A DNA stretch of 64,000 nucleotides, taken from assembly GCA_019058315.1 (NCBI GenBank), contig JAHPZH010000005.1, positions 64,001 through 128,000 of the forward strand, read 5' to 3'. Shown here in pieces: positions 10,028 to 20,200 of this stretch. The position numbers were made by a program, and so were the translations under genes. The first letter of the stretch is position 1; each line of letters starts with the position of its first letter. The notes under the pieces are model-generated. The model ran no database searches. It was given only the letters and a program-made list of their open reading frames with translations, and had not been told where the DNA came from. The stretch is from Candidatus Helarchaeota archaeon. GTDB taxonomy: Archaea; Asgardarchaeota; Lokiarchaeia; Helarchaeales; RDOG01.

Positions 10028-10953
10028 TGATTCACAAATTATATTTAATGTTTGAAAGTGGAATTTGTATTTTTGAAAAAAATTTTTTTACTCATTTGGG
10101 TAAAGAAGAAAATACTCAAGTTTTTACTGGTTTCATCTCAGCTATCGGAAATTTTGCTTCCGAAGCTCTTGGTAGTACTCTACAGTCCATTCGATTACAA
10201 ACAGGAGAACAGCTTGCTATAATGAGGCATGAGCCATCAAAATTAGTTGTCATATGTGTTGCCGATGGCCGAGATCATGACAAATTACTGGCATCAATAT
10301 TACTAAAAATTCTTGATCGTTTTTTTGAAATTTTCAAAAAGGAAATTGAAGCGGAAGATACATCAATAGCTGAAAAATCTAAAGATTTTGAAAAAGAAAT
10401 TGAAATAATTCTAAAGAAAAAAATTTCAAGTAGAACTAATTTTAAAATGTTTGTTGGTATATTTTTAGGACTAACAATCTTGAGTTTATTAATTTTTATA
10501 GCTTTAAACAGAACTTTTTTAAATAATTTTCCAGGACCATTATTTTTTGCAGCGATGAATAATCCATTAATGCTATTTTTTATTGGTTCGATTGGAGAAT
10601 CAATAGGTTCAATTTTAGCATCCTTAATGTTTTTTATTGGATTTTTATTTATGTTACCTGCATTTATAACAGGTTTCTTGAGTGGAACCAGAGTAAGAGG
10701 ATTAATTTCTGGATTCATTATTATAATTGGTACATATTTAATACTTTTTTTAAGTGCCGTTCGTTTACAGGTTGTTTTAGGATTAGACTTAAGAGGATGG
10801 TTTCTTGGAATATCTCCATTAATCTTCTTCTTGACGTTATCAGTTTCATTTATTTCAGGATATTTAGCTGAGAGATTACGTCTTTATACTTTTGAAGAAC
10901 CAACAATTAAAAAAGGAAGGTTATCTAAGCTGTTAATTTTTAAAAAGAGATAA
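10028..10953 (+). CDS. Longin-like domain + multi-pass membrane protein (paralogue 2)
   Basis: Collinear paralogue of 9081-10016 (shared LQTGEQLAIM, ADGRDHDKL). The ATG at 10028 (MIHKLY) aligns with MIDKLY, so it is preferred over the 10006 start. Confidence 0.75.
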
Positions 10954-10977
10954 TAAAAATTAAAGGATTTAATAAAA

Positions 10978-11274
10978 ATGGAAGAACACGAAATTGACGA
11001 ATTAAGTCGCATATTATATTATGAGTTTAATAGAGGGGAATATGAAGTATTTCGCCTTGAAGTGTTAAATCGAAAAATAAAGACGTTTAAACAAAGGATT
11101 GAGCAAGCAAAAAAGATTTTGTGGAATAAAAATGAAATACTTCTTGCAAAAATTGTTAATTTATTAGAGAAAAATAGATTAGACTTGGTTAAGGAAATTT
11201 TCACTCGTGCTCAGAGACTTTATCGTCAAAAAGAGTTAAGTAAATTTATCAGTATGGATGATTTTGGAGAATAA
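10978..11274 (+). CDS. Hypothetical helical protein
   Basis: 98-aa ORF co-directional with the longin pair. Confidence 0.6.
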   Translation: MEEHEIDELSRILYYEFNRGEYEVFRLEVLNRKIKTFKQRIEQAKKILWNKNEILLAKIVNLLEKNRLDLVKEIFTRAQRLYRQKELSKFISMDDFGE

Positions 11275-11316
11275 ACAAATAATAAAATCTTATAATAATA
11301 AAAAATTTTACGAAAT

Positions 11317-11811
11317 TTATTCAGATTTTTTTTGAAGATATTGAAAAATCCTTTCTAATGTAATTCCTAGAAGAACACAAATATTATATGAAGCAATTGT
11401 ACATTCATGATATTTTTGTTCTACCCCTAATTCTAGATACAATTCTTCCGCAGCAAGATAATATTTAACTGCATTGACCAAATTTTCATTACTTTTTTCA
11501 ATTTTAGTAGCATAATCTGCAAATTTATCTGCTAATGATATCATTAAGGACTTACTATCTTCTTTTAATTCTAACTGATCATAATATTTTGCTGCTTCTT
11601 CTATATATTCCCTTCCTTTGAACGGATCAAGAGCTTTAGTATAATCTTCTAATACTTTAATAGCTTTTTTCATCGTTTTTATGTAATTTTTCTTTTTAAA
11701 ATTTTTATTGTAACATTCTGCAGCATTAACAAATAAATCTTTAGATTTTAAAGGATCTTCCTTTAATACTGTCTTTGCCTGACTCTCTAAGTTTTTACAT
11801 TTTTGAGACAA
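11317..11811 (-). CDS. SNAP-like/TPR helical repeat protein
   Basis: Repeated 'AAECY', 'AAKYY', 'AVKYYLAAEELY' helix pairs; paralogous N-terminus to 11813-12637. Confidence 0.6.
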   Translation of the reverse strand: MSQKCKNLESQAKTVLKEDPLKSKDLFVNAAECYNKNFKKKNYIKTMKKAIKVLEDYTKALDPFKGREYIEEAAKYYDQLELKEDSKSLMISLADKFADYATKIEKSNENLVNAVKYYLAAEELYLELGVEQKYHECTIASYNICVLLGITLERIFQYLQKKSE

Positions 11812-11812
11812 A

Positions 11813-12637
11813 TTATTCCTCCTTCTTTTTCATTAATTGATCTAGAGCTGCCAGTTGTGATTTCTCTTTTTCCTCTAGTTCGGCAAGTTCCTCTTTGTAT
11901 TTTTTGATTTCTTCTGCGGTTTTTCCTTCTTTTACTAATTCTTGCACCACAGCTTTTTCATATTCTTGTTTTTTTTCTAAATATTCTTTCTCTTTGAGCG
12001 TTTTTTCTTTCTCTCTCTCTTTTTCTTCGACTTTCCTTGCTTTTTCTCTTTCTTTCTCATCCAATTTTCCCTTTTCTTCTCGCTCCTTTTTTAGCTCTTC
12101 AAATTCCCTAGTTTCCAAAATGTCAGGTTTTCGAATTGTTGGCAAAACTGGAAATTCTTCTAAAATTGAAGATATTTCATCCTTCGGTAAGCCAATTTCT
12201 TTTTGTATTATCTCAATTAGTTGTTGGTTTTGATTTATTTTATCTTTATTTTGAAGTTCTTCATAAATTTTATTAGCAGTTTGGAGATATTTAATTGCAT
12301 AAATTATTCGTTTTCTAGTATTGTGGAGTTTTTTAGCAGTAGTTATATAAGCCTCAGCCATAGTAACAATACATTTTGATACTTCCTTTTCTTTATCAAT
12401 TTTTTTATAGTATTCAATTGCTTCTTCATAGAATTTCTGTGCTTCTTCAGGATCTTCAAATTGATCTGCGGTATTACTTACAATTTGAGCAACTTTTTCG
12501 TAAGCTTTTGCTGCCTTTTTTTTCTGATATTTCTTTTCCCAACATCTAGCAACTTGTAAATAAGTTTCTTTAGCAACAACGGGATTATCACTAATTTTCT
12601 TTGCCTTATTTTCCAATTCTTTGCAATTTTCTGACAA
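11813..12637 (-). CDS. SNAP-like/TPR protein with charged coiled-coil tail
   Basis: 'AAKAYEKVA', 'AQKFYEEAIEYY', 'AIKYLQTANKIY'; E/K-rich C-terminus. Confidence 0.65.
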   Translation of the reverse strand: MSENCKELENKAKKISDNPVVAKETYLQVARCWEKKYQKKKAAKAYEKVAQIVSNTADQFEDPEEAQKFYEEAIEYYKKIDKEKEVSKCIVTMAEAYITTAKKLHNTRKRIIYAIKYLQTANKIYEELQNKDKINQNQQLIEIIQKEIGLPKDEISSILEEFPVLPTIRKPDILETREFEELKKEREEKGKLDEKEREKARKVEEKEREKEKTLKEKEYLEKKQEYEKAVVQELVKEGKTAEEIKKYKEELAELEEKEKSQLAALDQLMKKKEE

Positions 12638-12842
12638 TACCCTTCAACCTTCCAAACTTTTATGAAGAAATTTATGTCGAATAAATAGTTTCTTATTTTT
12701 GTAATAAATAAATTTTGTTTAATAAAAAAACCTCAAAAAAATAAGAGTTGTTTATTATCTTGTTAATGACTTTCATATCGTCATGAAAATCTAGATTTTT
12801 TTTGCATTTAAATAAAAAAAAGAATAAAAGAAAGGAGTTTAA

Positions 12843-14174
12843 TTATTTTTCTCTTCTATGTGTAACAACAGCAGCGATAAACACTATTCCGGCTGCAATT
12901 CCGATTAAACCACCAATTATAGCAGAGGGGATCCAAGCTTTAGGATTGTAGTTGAATGTAAATATTAATGCTAAAGGTGATTGCATACTGAATATGGGAT
13001 CATGATCAATTTCCTCGCCATCCCATTTATTATAACAGATTCTATGTTGGAACCACTCTCTAACGCGTGTCCATCCACCAGTATGGGAATAAGTGTTATC
13101 CTCAACGTAGCCTTCATAAGTGGTAGTGAACCAAGGGCAGCTTGTGGCGCTGACATTATATAGATCGGTTTTATTCCAAACATAAGTTGGTTTACTTGAG
13201 GTTAAGTCCAATTCCATTAATGATTTAGTTCCATACTCTACAGTGAAATTTGTCATAATTGTACTGTTATCTGGGTCCACTTTTACGGTACCATTTTCGT
13301 CTCTTGCTTCTACATTTATTTTTATATCAAAATCGAGAGTCTGTGCAACATCAAATTGGAGAACGGATAGACCTAAGTTAGTCCAATTATAATCAATATC
13401 CGTATCGGTAAGTTCTCCAAAATGGAAATTTTGAAATAATTCCGTATCACCATTTGAACTAAATTTAAGCATATATGATATATTTAAGTAGTCCATAGTT
13501 TCTGTACCTATCCATGGTGTTGGCCAAGCAGCCCAGTTTTGGGCATCGAATACTTGAACTGTTACACCAGTATAATTTATGCCCCAAGTATATTCCTCTG
13601 ATTGGGAAGGTCGCCATGCTGGACCTTTTTGTGGAGTAAGGTTCATTATTTCATAAGATGTATATGTATCTAGAAAGAGATAATATAAGACTTCTGTAGC
13701 ATTAGTTGAAGGATTTGTGTGATTGAAATATGTATCACAAACCCCATTATTATTAGAATCATTATATGCTTCTAATACTCCTGGAAAAATGGAGCCAACT
13801 GATTTTAATTGTTTAACAGTAAAATAGTAAAATGGCGAATCTCTTAATTCTGCAAATTTTGAAATACCTAAGTGCATGTACCATCCGTGAGCTAAATCAC
13901 TAACAGGAGATAAAGTAAGTCGGCTCAGTCTAGTGCCCCAAGCAAAGGCTATATTATTTCCTGCAATAGCGACATAATAATCTGTTATATCTCCTGCAAT
14001 ACCATAACTAGCATGATTAATTCCTTCAGTAGCGAGTGATAATCCGCTTAAGTAGAGTACCAAGTAGTCTATGTTTGGGTTTCCTCCTTGAGCATTGACT
14101 GTTGTTGCTGGAGAAAGACCTAGAATTGCGAATCCTGCTATTAGACCGAGCAGAATAATAGACATCTTTCTCAT
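12843..14174 (-). CDS. Secreted/cell-surface glycoprotein with C-terminal membrane anchor
   Basis: Signal peptide MRKMSIILLGLIAGFAILGLSPA, many N-x-S/T sequons, C-terminal TM helix plus HRREK. Confidence 0.8.
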   Translation of the reverse strand: MRKMSIILLGLIAGFAILGLSPATTVNAQGGNPNIDYLVLYLSGLSLATEGINHASYGIAGDITDYYVAIAGNNIAFAWGTRLSRLTLSPVSDLAHGWYMHLGISKFAELRDSPFYYFTVKQLKSVGSIFPGVLEAYNDSNNNGVCDTYFNHTNPSTNATEVLYYLFLDTYTSYEIMNLTPQKGPAWRPSQSEEYTWGINYTGVTVQVFDAQNWAAWPTPWIGTETMDYLNISYMLKFSSNGDTELFQNFHFGELTDTDIDYNWTNLGLSVLQFDVAQTLDFDIKINVEARDENGTVKVDPDNSTIMTNFTVEYGTKSLMELDLTSSKPTYVWNKTDLYNVSATSCPWFTTTYEGYVEDNTYSHTGGWTRVREWFQHRICYNKWDGEEIDHDPIFSMQSPLALIFTFNYNPKAWIPSAIIGGLIGIAAGIVFIAAVVTHRREK

Positions 14175-14488
14175 ATTTTTCCCTCTAATGAATATTCTTA
14201 AATTTTTTTCATTTGAACTTTTTTCGTCCGTTTGATTTTTATCAAACGATTCTAAGTATAAAGGATTGGTACTGTTATTTAAAAGTTTTCATTGTGGTTT
14301 GTTGATTTAAGATTGAGCAATTTATAAATTATTTTAAAAGAGTCTGATTAATAATATTTAATTTAAATCCGTTTGAATTTTTTCAAATAATTCTAAAAAT
14401 TAAAATAGAACTTAAACCAAAAAAAAAAAAGAATAAATATTATATTTCGGTTTAGAAAACAAATAATAAATGTGTTGAGAGATTTAAA

Positions 14489-15307
14489 ATGGGATTTGGT
14501 ATAAAAAGTATAAAAGCGGGAATTCAAACTTTTAGAAAAGGTTGGTTAAGCTTTATTTTAATTGTATTAGTATTATCAATTACCTTTATTCCAGCAATTC
14601 TCATTATGTATATGTTTTTACAAGATGTCACAGATATATTAGGATTGATTATTTTTACGTTGACATTTTTTTCATTTTTAATTTTTTATTCCTTACTGGA
14701 GGGAATAGTTCAAGCGATTGGTAACGAAGTTTCGGAAGTTGAGCAAGGGAGGGCGGAGAATATGACGTTTTATATTAGAAGAAATGGAAAAGCTTTGATT
14801 ATAACTGGAATTGTAATATCTGGTTTAGGATTTATTTGTACAACTCCGCTTTTGATTATTATTTACTCAATCGTAAGTAATTTTTTTCTTCCATTTGATC
14901 AAAATTCACTCATTATACTATCAATTGCTAGTTTTTTGATAACAGTCATAATTAATTCGATATTTTGTTTGGCAATATCTGCTATTATATTTAATAATAT
15001 AGATGCATCTCCTGCTTTGAGCAAATCGTTCAATTTATTTAAAACGCATTATAAATCGATGCTTTTTATTACAGTCATTTTTCAAAGTATTTTATGGGCA
15101 ATTGTTTCATTATTACAAATATTTTCAAGAAGTTCGGATATTTTTAGTTTAGAATTTGCTCTTCTAATACTTTTATCAATTTTAATATTATTTTTTGTTT
15201 TTCCTTTGATGAATCTTACCTATTTTCACCTCTACTTAAAAATTACTTTACCTTCTCAGGTTAGTTCAGAAAAATTGGATGAGGATATACCAATAAAAAT
15301 AGTTTAA
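14489..15307 (+). CDS. Multi-pass membrane protein
   Basis: About 6 TM helices; 'ALSKSFNLFKTHY' resembles GDPD-membrane-domain-like families. Confidence 0.65.
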   Translation: MGFGIKSIKAGIQTFRKGWLSFILIVLVLSITFIPAILIMYMFLQDVTDILGLIIFTLTFFSFLIFYSLLEGIVQAIGNEVSEVEQGRAENMTFYIRRNGKALIITGIVISGLGFICTTPLLIIIYSIVSNFFLPFDQNSLIILSIASFLITVIINSIFCLAISAIIFNNIDASPALSKSFNLFKTHYKSMLFITVIFQSILWAIVSLLQIFSRSSDIFSLEFALLILLSILILFFVFPLMNLTYFHLYLKITLPSQVSSEKLDEDIPIKIV

Positions 15308-15308
15308 C

Positions 15309-15905
15309 ATGGTCTATAAAATGAAAGAAGTAATGGTCTTACGGGATCCCGAAAAAGTAAAGATAGTTTTTAATAAATGGAGAGGTAAAATTCTAGATTT
15401 ATTGAGTAAGAAACCTTTTACAATAAAAGAATTGGCAGAAATTTTAAAAATCAATCCAGGGACGGTATTTCATCATATGAAAATACTTGAAGAAGCTGGT
15501 TTGATTGAAATAATCAGAACAGAAATGGTTGGCAACATTGTAATGAAATTCTATCAAGCAGTTGCAAGAGAATTTCGTTTTGATCTTTTAGAGACTAAGG
15601 ATACAAAAATTCACTCTATAATTGAATCAAAACTAAAAAAAATAGTTGATGCCTTAAGCACATACCGAATAAATATCCCCGATGATAAGAAAAAGACAAT
15701 TTTAAAACAAATTGCAGAATTTTGGGATTTGGAAAATAAAATAAAAGAAAATATTGAGGTTGAAACAACAATAAAGGATTTTTCGGCAGACATTCAAAGG
15801 GAAGTTTTTATTCTAGTAAGTCTACTAGAATTAAATAAAAATGAGGAATATATTAAAAAAAGGGATGAAATTATAAAGTTATTAGATAATTATCAAGAAA
15901 AATAA
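15309..15905 (+). CDS. ArsR/HTH_20-type winged-helix transcriptional regulator
   Basis: 'RGKILDLLSKKPFTIKELAEILKINPGTVFHHMKILEEAGLIE'. Confidence 0.85.
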   Translation: MVYKMKEVMVLRDPEKVKIVFNKWRGKILDLLSKKPFTIKELAEILKINPGTVFHHMKILEEAGLIEIIRTEMVGNIVMKFYQAVAREFRFDLLETKDTKIHSIIESKLKKIVDALSTYRINIPDDKKKTILKQIAEFWDLENKIKENIEVETTIKDFSADIQREVFILVSLLELNKNEEYIKKRDEIIKLLDNYQEK

Positions 15906-16179
15906 ATGTAAAAAAGGAGAATTTTTGTTTAAAATTTGCTAAAATATGCTTATTATTAAATATATCAAATAGAAATTATAAGTTTCTCTGTTTTCTTGAT
16001 TTATTTGATAGGCACCATAGAAAAATATTAGCGAGAAAAACAACAGGATTAAAAAAATTATATATAAAGCCCATACCTTTTTTGTTGCCATCCTAAAACA
16101 AATCCTAAAAATTTATGTACTTTTTTAATTTTGGTATTAACTTATTAATAAATGTTGAGTAAATCTGATGAAACTATAT

Positions 16180-17010
16180 CTAAATTATGACAGATTTTAA
16201 GGTTTCATCAACTAACTCATATGCAGATAGAAAAACATCCATATTTCCATTCCATACGGGGATTAAGAATTGTTTATATTTTTTTTCAAATTTTTTAATA
16301 AATTCTTTTAGAAATTTTTTCATTTGCGATGTTTCTCTATTTACTAATAAAACTCCAATCAATCTACTCTGAGGTACAGATTCTAACTTAGTTGGAGGCA
16401 AATCTATAGTCCCATATTCAAAAATGAGCTCTTTATCTCCCATGTCGATATTTCTTAATTTTTCTTCACTTTTAGTTATATGTCTTATAAGATGTCCTAT
16501 TGCATTTAATGCAGATGAAATGAGATGCGAATCTCCTACACCTAGTGGTTCGGGATTATATGAAAATAAGCAACGACCATCAAAATTAGCTACAAATAAA
16601 TTAAAAATTTTGGCTTTGTCAAATTCCTCTTCTAAATCTTCTTCAATAACAGTATCGACCTTTCTCTTTTTTTTAGGAGGAAGGGTTTCTACAATCATTC
16701 CTATTAAATTTGGCTTTTTTTTATCACTAGTATCTAAATTAAGCGTGTTACAAATATCTTCTAGTTCTTTTTTATCAAAACATATATCTAATAATTCATC
16801 TAGACCATAGGTGGATTCATACATAATTTTTAAACATAATGATTCTTTACTTTCGCTTTGTTGCCGAGAGATATTGGCTAATTCAACTAATTCTAATATT
16901 TTCTTTTTTGAAACAAGGTTGGAGAGAAGAATATCATCAAAATGTTTAATTTGTTTTTCTTTTTTAATTGATTTACGTCCTTTTTTTATCCTCTTTGGAA
17001 TTATTATCAC
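16180..17010 (-). CDS. Protein with N-terminal helix-extension-helix (SAP/Rho-N-like) repeats and C-terminal longin-like domain
   Basis: 'KKELEDICNTLNLDTSDKKKPNLIGMI'; C-terminal 'NLFVANFDGRCLFSY...LISSALNAIG...FIKKFEKKY...WNGNMDVF'. Confidence 0.65.
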   Translation of the reverse strand: MIIIPKRIKKGRKSIKKEKQIKHFDDILLSNLVSKKKILELVELANISRQQSESKESLCLKIMYESTYGLDELLDICFDKKELEDICNTLNLDTSDKKKPNLIGMIVETLPPKKKRKVDTVIEEDLEEEFDKAKIFNLFVANFDGRCLFSYNPEPLGVGDSHLISSALNAIGHLIRHITKSEEKLRNIDMGDKELIFEYGTIDLPPTKLESVPQSRLIGVLLVNRETSQMKKFLKEFIKKFEKKYKQFLIPVWNGNMDVFLSAYELVDETLKSVII

Positions 17011-17207
17011 GCCATAATTTTTATTTATTGGAATCTATAATGTAACAGATTAATAAATGTATAATGTGCATTCGTCTAATTTCAAAATTTTAATATAGCA
17101 AATTAATATCAAATTCATATTATGAGTTTCCCTTCTCATTTTTCGAAATTGCTAAATACTAATTTTCTTATAATAACTAACAGAATTAAACTTGGATCTG
17201 CGAATAT

Positions 17208-20200
17208 ATGGGAGATTTCAAGATGAGAATTAATAATTTTAAAAGAAAAGGAAAGATTTTCACAATTCTGATTATCATGCTTATTAGTTTTTCAAACATT
17301 CATTATATCTTTCAGAAAAATCAGCTTGATCCATATAATTTAGCATTATTTACAAATATTTTTACTTCTAATATAAGAATGCCTTCTAATGATGGTCCAT
17401 TTTCCACTAAGTCCTCCTCTAGTGATGTCATTGAGGGTAATGGAGGAAAGTTAGACACTTTATTATATGAAAATATTAGTGGTCAAGTTCTTTCTTGTGA
17501 TACTTCTTCTGATTTTTCTATTTATACAAATGGATGGAATATAACCAAAACAGATCTAATTTTCACAAATGTTAAGGCACCAACAGATATAGATATTGAA
17601 ATATCAGAACCATTTGCGGGTGAACATAGATTGGATACTTTAAGAGCGATGTCATTTACTGTAGGAAGCGTTACCTATTTAAAGAAAATAAATGTTAATT
17701 TGCGATTAAAAAAACTCTACCCTGGTAATGATTTAGATTTATCTGTATTTAATACAAAAGCTACTGGGGAACCCAATAATATTATTTATAATGAAGGATT
17801 TGATTTAGATAGCTATTCTGATGGTTGGATTGAATTAAATTTAAGTTCGGATGTCCTATTGGACCCTGCTGATACTAATAATAGTAAATTTTTCATAGGG
17901 TTAAAAGAAGGTTCTATTTTACCTTCTCCTCAAGTCTATTGGTATTATTTAAATGATCTCTCTACCCCAGATGGTTCAAATGAAGGTGATGACTATTCTT
18001 ACAGTTTTGGAATGTGGACTTCTAATGATGTAGATTATACTTTAGGTCTCACATTAGATACTAATACATTACCATCAAATATAGAATTAAAAGTGAATGG
18101 TATTAATGTGGAGAATTTACAAATAGGTAATGGTACTTGGAATTCATCTGTTTTATATATTGGACCTAATGTTACTTTTAATGTCGAAGCAAATACTTCA
18201 GCGAGATTTGATGTAAATTGGACATGTCAATTTATAAATCAAACATTATCTAATACTTATTTTATTTCTAATGCGAGTAAATCAATTGTCAATTGGAATT
18301 CATCTATTCCAGCTAAATTTCATGCTAATTCATATGCTAGAGGCATTAATATGACAATACCCCTAGATTGGAATATTACTGAAGTAATATATGATTCTAG
18401 CTCACATTTATCTTGGGTTAATATAACAGAAAATGGTAAAAAAATTAATATTATATCCAATGTTTTTAATTCTACCTGGATAGCAGTTTGTATTGGACCA
18501 AACTATGTACGTGAAATAAGCTTAGAAAGAAAGGTTGATTCTAGCTTCACTCCTGTTAACGGTCCAGTTAATGGAACAGATACTATTAGAATAAACGCAT
18601 CTATAAAAGACGGTAAGGGTATTGAAATAATTAATGGGAATGGAAATTTATCTATTTTTAATCCAGAAGAAACTCTAAATTATATTGATCATACACCCCC
18701 AAACAGTACCCATGCTTTAAATGGAATTATAAGTTTTACACCTTGGCGAATTAATTTAACTGGAACAATGGGTGGAAATTATACAATTCAAGTAGTATGG
18801 TATAACCAGACAGAAGTGGGGATAAATGTTACTTCTATTGATATTAAATCAATTCCAACTCAATTAACATTGATTTATAATACCATATCGGCTAATACAG
18901 GGGATCCAATTGATGCTATAATATATTATAACGACTCATATTGGGGATATGGTATTCCAAATGCTAATTTTTATTTAATTAATAACTATACTTCTGGTTA
19001 CCATTTTGATTTTACTGTAACTCCATTATCACCAATGGGTAATTATTCAATTGCAATTTCTACAGCTACATTAACCGCAGGCTCTTATGAATTTATTATT
19101 ATTGCTAATAAATCAGTATATAATACATCAACTGTTAATATCACATTTACTATTCAAGGGAATAAATCTTATGCTTGGATTGTTTCTGGAGCTACACCAG
19201 TTGGACCGTTACTTGGTGGAAGAACCTTAGATGATGGATCTTTTGTTTACGATAATTACACAACAACTCCTTTAAATGATCCCTACTGGGATGATACTTC
19301 TCATAAACTTACAATTTATTACAATGATACTGTAGGAAATCCTATTACAATCGAAGATGTTGATCTGGTTGAAATCAGATGGGATAATAACGAGACAGAC
19401 ATTATCCCAACTTTAGTGGGATCTGGCTTATATAATGTAACCATTGATACAACAGGAATTACTGCTGGAATACATTTCTTTTCAATCATTATGCAAACTT
19501 CTAATTATTATAGAGCATATTTGAATGTGAGTGTAACTGTAAAACCCGTTCCTACTCAAGTTGACCCCGGATTATATGGAAATGTTACTCAATATGAAGG
19601 AGAGGATTTAGAATTCTGGGTGGCATATTTAGATGTTTATCATTCAAATCAACGGATAGAATCTCCACCAGCCATTGTAAAATATAATATTACGGGCTTT
19701 CCAAATATAAATGGAACCATGACATATATAGGAGCCCCAAATTTTGCTTATCGTGGTGAATTTAACCTTGGAGACTTAAGTCTGGGATCTTATAACTTAA
19801 CCATCTATGCTAGTGCTGGCACTGAATACCTTGAAGCAATTAGAAATATAACCGTTAATGTAATTCCAAAATATAATGTCTCTTTAAACTTAATTGATAT
19901 TCCATTTGGTATTAGAGTTGGAGAGGAATTAATCATTAGAGCAAAATTAATTAATGATATTACAGGTGATCCTCTCAAGTATGTGCCCATAAATGTAAAA
20001 ATTACTTTTCTTGATAGTCAAAATGGAACCATATCAGAATTAGAAGCGGTTCTAATCACAAATAATAATGGAACAATAGAAGAATCCTTAATTGTTCCTC
20101 AAAATGTGAAATATGCTAATATTTCTTTATTTTATAACGGGGATGTCAATGTAACTTCGGCAGTAAATAACACAATTCTTAATATCGCCCCCAAAAGATC

